Source: Actinomycetota bacterium (GTDB lineage: Bacteria; Actinomycetota; CADDZG01; JAHWKV01; JAOPZY01). From it: a DNA stretch of 63,792 nt. The notes below the pieces were generated by a model. The model worked only from the letters and a program-made list of their open reading frames with translations, was not told where the DNA came from and did no database searches. This document shows positions 27,717-36,316 of this stretch, piece by piece (position 1 is the stretch's first letter; each line of letters opens with the position of its first letter). The stretch spans positions 1 to 63,792 of the forward strand of contig JAOPZY010000033.1 of assembly GCA_025963875.1 (NCBI GenBank). The letters run 5' to 3'. A program made the position numbers and the translations under genes.

Positions 27717-30581
27717 ATGACGAAGCGCAGGCTCGCGGCGGGGCGGTTCGCAGCCCTCGCCGGCGCCGTTCTTCTCCTGGGATCGCTGGTCGCCGCACTC
27801 CCGGAGGCCGTGGCTGCAACGCCCCTGCCGCCGGTCCTCAGCATCCTGCCGCCCGGCGAGAACGGCCTCGTCAACCCCCTCCAGGCGGTGCTCGCCCAGC
27901 TCGGCCAGCGGCCCCCCAGCAGCAGCGACCAGACGGCGCCCTATGCCGGCCTGCTGTACGCGCCGGGGCTGACCGACCAGGCCCTCACGACGTACTACAA
28001 CGCCGAGACGCTCGGCACGCCCCCCGACGTCAGCCGCGTCGAGACCCTGTGGCCTCCCACCGGCTCCGTCACGATCACCCGCGACACCCACGATGTGCCC
28101 CACATCAAGGGATCCGACCCCGTCGCCCTCGGCTTCGGCGCCGGCTACGCCGCGGCCGAGGACCGCCTCTTTCTTATGGATGTCCTCCGCCACTACGGCG
28201 CCGGCACCCTGACGGCCTTCCTTGGCCCCACCTGCGCCAACGAGCAGATGGACCACGACCAGCTCCTCGCAGCCCCCTACACCGACGCCCAGCGCCAGGC
28301 CCAGGTGGACTCCCTGCCCCTCACCTACGGCGCGCAGGGGGCACTGCTCGTCGCCATGGCCACGAGCTACGTGGCCGGCATCAACCAGTACATCGCCGAG
28401 TCCCGCCTCGACCTCTCGAAGCTCCCCGCCGACTACGCGTCAACCTCGACGCCGCTCCCTCAGCCCTTCACGGCCGCGGATGTCATCTCCTCCGCCTCGC
28501 TCGTCGGGGGCCTCCTCGGCAAGGGCGGCGGGGCTGAGCTCCGCAACGCGGCCCTCTACCAGCACCTCCTGAAGGTGGCACCCGACGCCGCGGACGCCAA
28601 GGCGATCCTCGCCGACCTCCGCCAGCAGAACGACCCGGAGGCGCCGACGACGATCCGGGACCAGTCCTTCCCGTACGAGACCCCCACGTCCGGAGCGACC
28701 ACCATCGACCCCTCGACCACCGCCCTGCCCGACGACGCCCGAGCGACCCTGGCCGCCATGGGGGTACCGGGCGCCGACGAGCCCGACTGCCCTGGAGCCC
28801 CCAACCCCGTAAGCGGTGTGGTGTCGCCCCTGCTCAACGCCGTCGCCGCCCTCCCCGCCGCCCTCGGCAACATCGGCCATAGCAACGCGCTCGTCGTCGA
28901 CGCTGCCCACTCCGTGGACGGCCACCCCCTGGCCGTCTTCGGCCCCCAGGTCTCCTACTTCGCCCCGCAGGTGCTGATGCAGGAGGACCTCCAGGCGCCC
29001 GGCATCTCGGCGGCCGGCGTCGCCTTCCCCGGGACGGGCTTCGTCGTCGAGATGGGCCGGGGGCAAAACTATGCGTGGTCGGCAACCTCCGCCGGCACCG
29101 ACAACATCGACGTCCGCCTCGAGGTCCTCTGCGACCCGGCCGGGGGGCCCGTGTCCGCGCGCTAGCCGTTCTACCTGTTCAACGGCGCCTGCGTCCCAAT
29201 GGATCACCAGAGCTTCACGCTGACGGCCCTGCCCACCGTGGCCTCGATCAGCGCCGGGGGCATCCTGCCGAGGCTGATCACCCACGACACCTACCTCACC
29301 GGCCACGGCGTCGTGCAGGGATGGTCGACGGCATTGGGCGGCAAGCCCGTGGCCGTCGTCGCCCAGCGCAGCACGTACAACCATGAGGTCGACTCGGGCA
29401 TCGGGTTCCTCGCCTGGAACCAGCCGGCCGCGACCCACGACGCCGCCTCGTTCATCGCCGGGGCCTCCAACGTCGGCTACACCTTCAACTGGTTCTATCT
29501 CGACGCCGCCCACATCGCCTATGCGGTCAGCGGCCGCGATCCGATCCGTTCCCCCAACGCCGACCCCACGCTGCCCACCTGGGGCACGGGGGCCACGGAG
29601 TGGCAGGGCTTCCTCTCCCCCGCCGCCCATCCCCACGAGGTCGACCCGCCCCAGGGCTGGTTCACCTCCTGGAACAACAAGCCCGCGCCGGGCTTCTCGG
29701 CGGCGGACAACCAGTACGGCTACGGGCCGGTGTTCCGGTCACAGTCTCTCGACAGGGCGATCGCCAGGCAGCTGTCGCTGCAAGGGGGGCATCTGACTCG
29801 GGCCGACCTCGTCTCCGCCATGGAGAGCGCCGCCACCGTCGACCTGACCGGGGCGGCGGTGCTGCCGGAGCTGCTGGCGACGGTCAACCCGGCTTCGCAG
29901 CCGCCGCCGGTGCAGGCCATGCTCACCGAGCTGGGGGCCTGGCTCGCCGACGGTGCGGCCCGGAAGAAGGCTGCCCCCGGCGACGCCCAGTACCGCCACG
30001 CCGGCGCCGTCGCGGCGATGGACCACCTCGAGGTCCAGCTCGCCCAGGCGCTGTTCCGCACCGTTCTGGGGGACCTGACCCTGGGCAACGGTGGCCTCGA
30101 CCTCGTCGACGGGGTGCCGTACGACTGTGCCCTCCTGCCGATGGTCTTCGCCGACACGCCGAACAGCCGGGGCGCCCACCTGGGCAGCGCCTACGACAGC
30201 GGCTACGAGAGCTACGTCGTCAAGGCCCTGCGGCTCATGCGGGGGGCTCCGGTGGCGGCTCCCTTTGGGGCCGCCCTGTCGTCCCGGCTCTGCGGCGGGG
30301 GGCTCGCGGCCTGTGGGGCCGCCGTGGCGACCGCCCTGCAGCAGACGGCGAGCGACCTCGCCGCTGCGAACGGGGGGAGCACCGACCCGGCCAGCTGGAC
30401 GGTGTCGCCGGCCCTCGCCAACGCCAACCGTGCCGCTGCCGTCGCGTTCCCGCCCGGCGCCCCCCAGACGATGCCGCAGTACGACGCCATCGCCTTCCGC
30501 ACCCTCGGCCTCATCGGCCAGCCGAGCCTCGACTGGCAGAACCGCCCGACCTTCCAGCAGGTGGTCGAGTTCCGGGGGTGA
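27717..30581 (+). pseudogene. Penicillin/cephalosporin/AHL acylase family (Ntn hydrolase) gene interrupted by one in-frame TAG at 29163-29165
   Basis: ORFs 27327..29165 and 29199..30581 are in the same frame. Signal peptide MTKRRLAAGRFAALAGAVLLLG, THDVPHI, Ntn nucleophile context GHSNALVV. Family similarity continues straight across the stop (..GPVSAR*PFYLFNGACVPM..). Confidence 0.8.
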
Positions 30582-30671
30582 CGCTGGATGCGTCTGAACC
30601 CGTCAGGATTCTCAGCTACTTGCCAGCCCAGGCAAAGCGGATTACGAGATTAACGGACAAACCTGTCGGCT

Positions 30672-31934
30672 ATGGAGATCCAAGCCAGCGACACGGTGCG
30701 AAGCGCCCAGGAGGACAGCGCTCCCCCGGCCGTCGAGATCGTGGTCCCCGTCTTCAACGAAGAGCAGGATCTGGCGGCCAGCATCCGGCGGCTGCACGCC
30801 TTCCTGGGCTCTTCCTTTCCCTTCTCCGCCCGCGTGACCATCGCCGACAACGGCAGCACGGACGGCACGTGGGCCATCGCGACCGGGCTTGCGGGGTCGC
30901 TCCCCGAGGTCAGGGCGCTGCGGATCCCGGAGGCGGGGCGCGGCCGAGCACTGCACGAGGTGTGGTCGGCCAGCGACGCCGACGTGGTCGCCTATATGGA
31001 CGTCGACCTGTCCACCGACCTGGCCGCCCTTCTCCCGCTGGTTGCTCCCCTACTCTCCGGACACAGCGACCTGGCCATCGGCACCCGCCTGTCGGGCACG
31101 GCTCGCGTGGTTCGCGGCGTCAAGCGGGAGCTCATCTCCCGCAGCTACAACGCCGTCCTCCACGCCGTGCTCGCCACGCGCTTCTCCGACGCCCAGTGCG
31201 GGTTCAAGGCCATCCGCGCCGACCGGGCCCGGGCGCTGCTGCCCTGCGTCCGGGACAGGGCCTGGTTCTTCGACACCGAGCTGCTCGTCCTTGCGGAACG
31301 GGTGGGCTTGAGGATCCACGAGGTGCCGGTGGACTGGGTCGACGACCCGGATACCCGGGTCGACATCGTCGCCACCGCCGTCGGTGACCTGCGAGGTGTT
31401 GCAGGGCTTGTACGCCGGCTTGCGCGCTCCGAGATCCCGATCGGCAGACTCCGGGCGGAGCTGGGACTGCAGAAGGCACACCGGCCCCCGCCGGCCCCGG
31501 CCGCCCAGGCCCTTCGCTTCGCCGGGATCGGAGCCCTGAGCACCCTCGCCTATGTGGGGCTGTACCTGCTGCTGCGGGCCTCGATGTCGGCGCAGGCGGC
31601 CAATGCGCTGGCGCTGCTTGCCACCGCCGTTCCCAACATCGCCGCCAACCGTCGCGTGACATTCGGCATCCGTGGAATCCGCGGGTCCCTCCGCCACCAC
31701 GCCCGTGCGCTCGTGATGTTCGCAGCGGCACTCCTGGTGACCTCGGGCGCCCTCGATACGCTGCACACCTTCGCACCCGACGCCGGGCGCCTTTCCGAGA
31801 TCGGCCTCCTCGTGCTCGCCAACCTCGCTGCGACGGCCCTGCGCCTGCCCCTCATGCGAACATGGGTGTTCCAGACTCACCCCGCCCAGGTCGACCCGAT
31901 GCCCGTCGTACCCCGCCTCCGACCGGGCGCGTAG
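30672..31934 (+). CDS. GT2 polyprenyl-phosphate glycosyltransferase fused to a C-terminal GtrA-like membrane domain
   Basis: VVPVFNEE, DNGSTDGT, MDVDLSTD, QCGFKA, then about 4 TM helices with the NRRVTF motif typical of GtrA. Confidence 0.8.
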   Translation: MEIQASDTVRSAQEDSAPPAVEIVVPVFNEEQDLAASIRRLHAFLGSSFPFSARVTIADNGSTDGTWAIATGLAGSLPEVRALRIPEAGRGRALHEVWSASDADVVAYMDVDLSTDLAALLPLVAPLLSGHSDLAIGTRLSGTARVVRGVKRELISRSYNAVLHAVLATRFSDAQCGFKAIRADRARALLPCVRDRAWFFDTELLVLAERVGLRIHEVPVDWVDDPDTRVDIVATAVGDLRGVAGLVRRLARSEIPIGRLRAELGLQKAHRPPPAPAAQALRFAGIGALSTLAYVGLYLLLRASMSAQAANALALLATAVPNIAANRRVTFGIRGIRGSLRHHARALVMFAAALLVTSGALDTLHTFAPDAGRLSEIGLLVLANLAATALRLPLMRTWVFQTHPAQVDPMPVVPRLRPGA

Positions 31935-31949
31935 GACCAAGGAGTCCCG

Positions 31950-34058
31950 ATGACCACGACCGGCCTTCCTGATTCCACCGTCGTGTCCGAGGAGCGTCCC
32001 GGCCTGGCGGCGGACATGCCGACGGGGGGCAGATCCTGGCGCCGGCTCCTCCGCGGGCCGGAGGACGACCCACACTGGGTTCGGCCCGGCTTGCTGGTGC
32101 TGCTCGTCGGGACCGGCCTCCTCTATCTCTGGGCGCTCAGCGCCAACGGCATGGGGAACGACTTCTACGCCGCGGCCGTCCAGGCCGGCACCAGGAGCTG
32201 GAGGGCCTTCCTCTTCGGTTCGTTCGACGCCTCCAACTTCATCACGGTGGACAAGCCGCCCGCCTCGTTGTGGGTCATGGCGCTCTCCGGACGTATCTTC
32301 GGGTTCGGCACCTGGAGCATGCTCGTTCCCCAGGCGCTGGAGGGCGTGGCGGCCGTGGGGTTGCTGTACGCGGCGGTCCGCCGTTGGTACGGGGGCGCCG
32401 CAGGGTTGCTCGCCGGCGCCGCGCTCGCGCTCACCCCGGTGGCGGGACTGATGTTCCGGTACAACAATCCCGACGCCCTCCTCACCCTGCTGCTCGTTGC
32501 CGCCGCGTACGCCACCTGCCGGGCCATCGAGGGGGCCCGGGTGTGGTGGCTGGCCCTGGCGGGGCTGCTGATCGGATTTGGCTTCCTGACCAAGATGCTC
32601 GAGGCGCTGCTCGTCGTGCCGGCCCTGGCCGTCGCCTACCTGGTCGCTGCGCCCGTGTCCTTCTGGCGGCGGATCCGGGATCTGGCGGTCGCCGGGGCGG
32701 TGCTGGTCGTGGGCGCCGGCTGGTGGGTGGCTGCGGTCACCCTGACGCCGGCCGCGGACCGGCCCTACGTCGGGGGATCCACCAACAACAGCGTCCTGCA
32801 GCTTGCGTTCGGGTACAACGGGCTGTCCAGGATCACCGGGAGCAACCGGCGTGGCGGGGGTGCCCCGGCGGCGCTGCGGAACGTGCAGGCCGACGTCAGG
32901 CAGTTCGCGGGCTTCGCCTTCGGGGGCCAGCGGGGGCTGACGCGCCTGTTCAGCGGCTCGTGGGCCACGGATGCGGCCTGGCTCATCCCCGCCGCGCTGA
33001 TCGCGCTCGTCGCCGGCCTGTGGCTCACGCGGCGCGCCCCACGGACGGACCTGCAGCGCGCGGGGCTGGTGCTGTGGGGCGGCTGGATGCTGGTCTCGGC
33101 CCTCGTGTTCAGCTTCGCCAGCGGGATCGTCCACGAGTACTACTCGGTCGCCCTTGCCCCCTCGGTCGCCGCCCTCGCCGCCATCGGGACCGTCACGTTC
33201 TGGAAGCGGCGTGAGCAGTGGGCCGGCAAGGCGGCCCTCCTGGCGATGCTTGCCGCGACGGGCCTCTGGGCGTTCGTGGTGCTCGACCGAAGCCCCCACT
33301 GGAACGCCTGGCTGCGAGTCCTCCTCGTGGCAACGGCACTGGCCGGGATTGCCGGCATCGCCGCCGGCTCGCTGACGCGGCGCCGGTGGGCGGTTCCCGT
33401 TGGTTCCCTGGCCCTCGCCACGGCGCTGCTCGGCCCTATTGCGTATTCGGTGCAGACGGTGGCCTCCTCGCACGGAGGCGCCCTCCTTGCGGCGGGCCCG
33501 GCCACGGCGCAGACGAGGCTGCCCGCCGGCCTCCAGCGAGAAGCCGAGGACCTCCTGCAGCGGGGTGGCTTCGGCGGCTTCGGCGCGGGAACGAGGCCTC
33601 CCACCGGAGGGGGGGCAGCAGCCATGTTCGGCCGAGCCCGGGGCGGCCCCCAGACGGTCAGCAGCGCCCTGGTGTCCCGGCTCGAGGCCGGTGCCGGCAC
33701 GTACCGTTGGGTGGCCGCCGCCACGTCGGCCCCCCAGGCGGCGCCCTACGAGCTCGCAACCGGCAAGCCGGTGATGGCCATCGGCGGCTTCATGGGAACG
33801 GACAACGCGATCAGCCTCGCCGCGTTCCAGCAGCTCGTCCGGGCCGGGGAGGTGCACTACTTCATCGGTGGCGCCGGCCCCGATGCGGGCCCGGGTGGGG
33901 GCCGCGGCGGAGGCGGAGGGGGAGGCGGCTTCCGGGGTGGCTCGACGACGGACGCCGGTCAGATCGCAACCTGGGTGGCGGCGCACTACCCGCCGGAGAC
34001 CGTGGGCGGTACCACCCTGTACGACCTAACCGTCAGAGGATCCGGGTCAGGACAGTAG
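31950..34058 (+). CDS. GT39/ArnT-like (PMT_2) polytopic glycosyltransferase
   Basis: 702 aa, multi-TM N-terminal part with FDASNFITVDKPPASLW loop-1 acidic motif. Soluble C-terminal domain and Gly-rich tail. AAGGAG RBS. Confidence 0.8.
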   Translation: MTTTGLPDSTVVSEERPGLAADMPTGGRSWRRLLRGPEDDPHWVRPGLLVLLVGTGLLYLWALSANGMGNDFYAAAVQAGTRSWRAFLFGSFDASNFITVDKPPASLWVMALSGRIFGFGTWSMLVPQALEGVAAVGLLYAAVRRWYGGAAGLLAGAALALTPVAGLMFRYNNPDALLTLLLVAAAYATCRAIEGARVWWLALAGLLIGFGFLTKMLEALLVVPALAVAYLVAAPVSFWRRIRDLAVAGAVLVVGAGWWVAAVTLTPAADRPYVGGSTNNSVLQLAFGYNGLSRITGSNRRGGGAPAALRNVQADVRQFAGFAFGGQRGLTRLFSGSWATDAAWLIPAALIALVAGLWLTRRAPRTDLQRAGLVLWGGWMLVSALVFSFASGIVHEYYSVALAPSVAALAAIGTVTFWKRREQWAGKAALLAMLAATGLWAFVVLDRSPHWNAWLRVLLVATALAGIAGIAAGSLTRRRWAVPVGSLALATALLGPIAYSVQTVASSHGGALLAAGPATAQTRLPAGLQREAEDLLQRGGFGGFGAGTRPPTGGGAAAMFGRARGGPQTVSSALVSRLEAGAGTYRWVAAATSAPQAAPYELATGKPVMAIGGFMGTDNAISLAAFQQLVRAGEVHYFIGGAGPDAGPGGGRGGGGGGGGFRGGSTTDAGQIATWVAAHYPPETVGGTTLYDLTVRGSGSGQ

Positions 34059-34330
34059 ATCTTCGAAGCGATCGCGGGCGGCGTCAAGTCATGGCAGGCC
34101 TGTGCTTCGTCCACCGCCTCCTGTCCGTGAGCTGCGTGAATTGAGGCGCTCCTGCAACCGGGCTTCCTCAAGGCTCGGATTCGTCTCTGAGACAAAACTC
34201 GGCCGAAGGCTCTTGCCCACCTGACCGCCACCATGCCAGCGTCATCATCGCCCACCCACTCGGAATAACGGTCAAGACGCGGCGGAATCTCCCGGCGGGT
34301 GATAAAGGGAGCGCGAGGCCAAGACAGACG

Positions 34331-34618
34331 TCACGATCGCAGCCAACGACTATTGAAGCGATCCCTGAATTCATCGAGCACCTCTTCGAATCGCGTGAAG
34401 CCTTCAGCCCTCATCTGATGGGCGAACCTGGTGCTGTTCTCCGTTCCGGTGATCGCGGACCAGTAGTAGGCCACCATGCCTTCGGCGTCGCGCTGTTCCA
34501 TTCTCATCATGGTCAGTCGAACTCCTGACTTCAGGCCCTTGGACGCCTCGGGGGAATCCAGGATCGGGTCGAAAACCCGATCCTGGAGGAAGTGCATTAG
34601 CTCCTCTTCCTTCGTCAT
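34331..34618 (-). CDS. Hypothetical protein (95 aa) in lower-GC islet
   Basis: ATG 34618 with AAGGAG RBS. Balanced, non-GC-skewed composition (MTKEEELMHFLQDRVFDPILD...). No family recognised. Confidence 0.6.
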   Translation of the reverse strand: MTKEEELMHFLQDRVFDPILDSPEASKGLKSGVRLTMMRMEQRDAEGMVAYYWSAITGTENSTRFAHQMRAEGFTRFEEVLDEFRDRFNSRWLRS

Positions 34619-34664
34619 GCTCGATCTCCTTTTCGAATCGTCGACGCACGAACGCAGAAGGTCA

Positions 34665-35129
34665 CTACCCCCACATCTCCGCCCTGGCTTTACGGAACAG
34701 GGTGCGAACTGGCTCCGAGATGCGGTAGGCGGCGACCTCCCCAGCCCGATGCTCGAAAGGCCGCTCACGGCCCACCTTCTTCATTGCCCGGCCTACCGAC
34801 GAGAGGCTGCCGGCCACTCCGTAGGCCCCATCGAGGCCAGCTGCCGCCGCCGAGGCTTCAGCGCTGACCCACTCGCCTTTTGGCGAGTCGAGCCACAGGC
34901 TGATGATGGCCGAGGCCTTCTCGCTGATGCTCCCAAGGAAGGTGCGGGCCTCAGCGATGTCCCCCTCCTTCCACGCCGACAGCCCGCCGCCCATTGATGT
35001 TGCCGAACCATCGGTCGCTGCCGGCGCCTCTGCCAGCCACCGCCCGAACATCGAGTGGAACTCTGCGAACCGGTACTTCGGAACCGACACCGTTGCCGAC
35101 ATGTACTCCTCGCCTTCGGTACTAGCCAT
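34665..35129 (-). CDS. Hypothetical protein (154 aa); C-terminal half looks winged-helix-like (DUF6416-like, tentative)
   Basis: ATG 35129 after AAGGGGG. First gene behind the consensus promoter. Pattern WKEGDIAEARTFL...GVAGSLSSVGRAMKK...AAYRISEPV. Confidence 0.6.
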   Translation of the reverse strand: MASTEGEEYMSATVSVPKYRFAEFHSMFGRWLAEAPAATDGSATSMGGGLSAWKEGDIAEARTFLGSISEKASAIISLWLDSPKGEWVSAEASAAAAGLDGAYGVAGSLSSVGRAMKKVGRERPFEHRAGEVAAYRISEPVRTLFRKARAEMWG

Positions 35130-35181
35130 CTCTCATTGCCCCCTTCTAGGTCTTGGACTCCTGTGTTAAGTCCCACGAGCT

Positions 35182-35210
35182 ACTGTAAACTAGCTATTAG
35201 CCAGTGTCAA
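35182..35210 (-). promoter_or_regulatory. Near-consensus sigma-70-type promoter of the islet operon
   Basis: Minus strand: TTGACA (35210-35205), 17-nt spacer, TACAGT (35187-35182), about 50 nt upstream of ATG 35129. Confidence 0.55.
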
Positions 35211-35317
35211 GCCCAAGACAGCCATTGTAAGCTTCCCCAGCCAGCGTCCAGGGGGAGGGGTCCCACATAAGCTGAGCGACTCAGCAGTGGCGTTGCCGGT
35301 GGAGCGACAATGGCCCC

Positions 35318-36226
35318 ATGGCACCGGGCGTCGCTAACGGGGGGAAACAGCCGCCGACACTCGTGCGGGGATTGCGCCACGATCCCCACCACGCGCCCGA
35401 ACTCGTCCTCCTGCATACGGTGCCGCAGCTGTCGCCCCAGGTCCGGCGATGGCACGCTTCGTTGTTCCGTCGCCATCCGCAGACCGACGTCGACAAGCTC
35501 ACTGCGAAGCTCATCCGCCGGGCGACGGCCCAGGCCCGCTGGGACGGGGGCGTCACCGGCTCGTCGTTCTACTTCGGGATGCCGCCAGCAATTGCTTCGC
35601 TGTACTGCCGGCAGGTCATGACGGTGCTGCAGATCGCTGCGTTGCACGGCTTCGACCCAACCAACCCGGCCCGGCTCGTGGACCTGCTCGTGATCCAGGG
35701 CCGCCATCCCGACGCCGAGGCCGCTTCGGTGGCTCTCCGTACGGCAGGTGCGACGGCCCCCGGCGTCCACCTGCCCAATCCATTCACGTCATTGAGGCAC
35801 GCCCTGCGCCACGTACCGGGCATGGTCGGCGTGAGGTTCAACGCTTTCCGCAGAGGAGGGCCCGTCAATGCGACGCTGTCCGTCGCCAAGGTCGCCTCCT
35901 ATCTCGTCCCGGTGCTCGGCATCCCGGCATGGGCCATCGACCAGGCCAGGGCCACCAGGAAGCTGGGGAACGACGCCGTCGCGTTCTACGCCCTCCGGAC
36001 GGGACCGGACCCCGCGTCCGGTGTCTTGCTGCCTCCCCCGCTGAAGCCGCGCACACGGCGGCTGTACGAGGCCGGGGGGCTGGTGCTCGGCCTCCTCCTG
36101 GCGATCCTCGCCGCGGTCCTACCGCTCGGCGGTTTGACAGAGCGGTGGACCGTCCTCGTCTTCGCCGAGCTGTTTCTCGTGGTGACGCTGGGCAGGCTGC
36201 TCTGGATCACCCGCGCCGGCCGATGA
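35318..36226 (+). CDS. EcsC-family-like membrane-associated protein; start uncertain
   Basis: GGVTGSSFYFGMPPAIASLYCRQVMTVLQIAALHGFDP resembles the EcsC core. Two C-terminal TM helices. Confidence 0.5.
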   Translation: MAPGVANGGKQPPTLVRGLRHDPHHAPELVLLHTVPQLSPQVRRWHASLFRRHPQTDVDKLTAKLIRRATAQARWDGGVTGSSFYFGMPPAIASLYCRQVMTVLQIAALHGFDPTNPARLVDLLVIQGRHPDAEAASVALRTAGATAPGVHLPNPFTSLRHALRHVPGMVGVRFNAFRRGGPVNATLSVAKVASYLVPVLGIPAWAIDQARATRKLGNDAVAFYALRTGPDPASGVLLPPPLKPRTRRLYEAGGLVLGLLLAILAAVLPLGGLTERWTVLVFAELFLVVTLGRLLWITRAGR

Positions 36227-36242
36227 CCCGGCTCGACAGGGC

Positions 36243-36287
36243 AGTTTCCGTCAAAAAGTGTGCCCACGGCCCTTTTTGACGGAAACT
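36243..36287. repeat. Hairpin repeat, family B (16-bp perfect stem, 13-nt loop)
   Basis: AGTTTCCGTCAAAAAG-tgtgcccacggcc-CTTTTTGACGGAAACT. The arms are identical to the copy at 50506-50550. Followed by AGCTTTTG. Lies between convergent genes. Confidence 0.9.
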
Positions 36288-36316
36288 AGCTTTTGCCCCC
36301 CAGGCCCCAGGCCCCG

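Noticed and set aside
29163-29165. In-frame TAG in the acylase gene read as pyrrolysine or programmed readthrough.
   Set aside because: No pylS/pylBCD-like genes or PYLIS-like context are visible, and the lineage is not known for Pyl. A pseudogene or a sequencing error is the simpler explanation.
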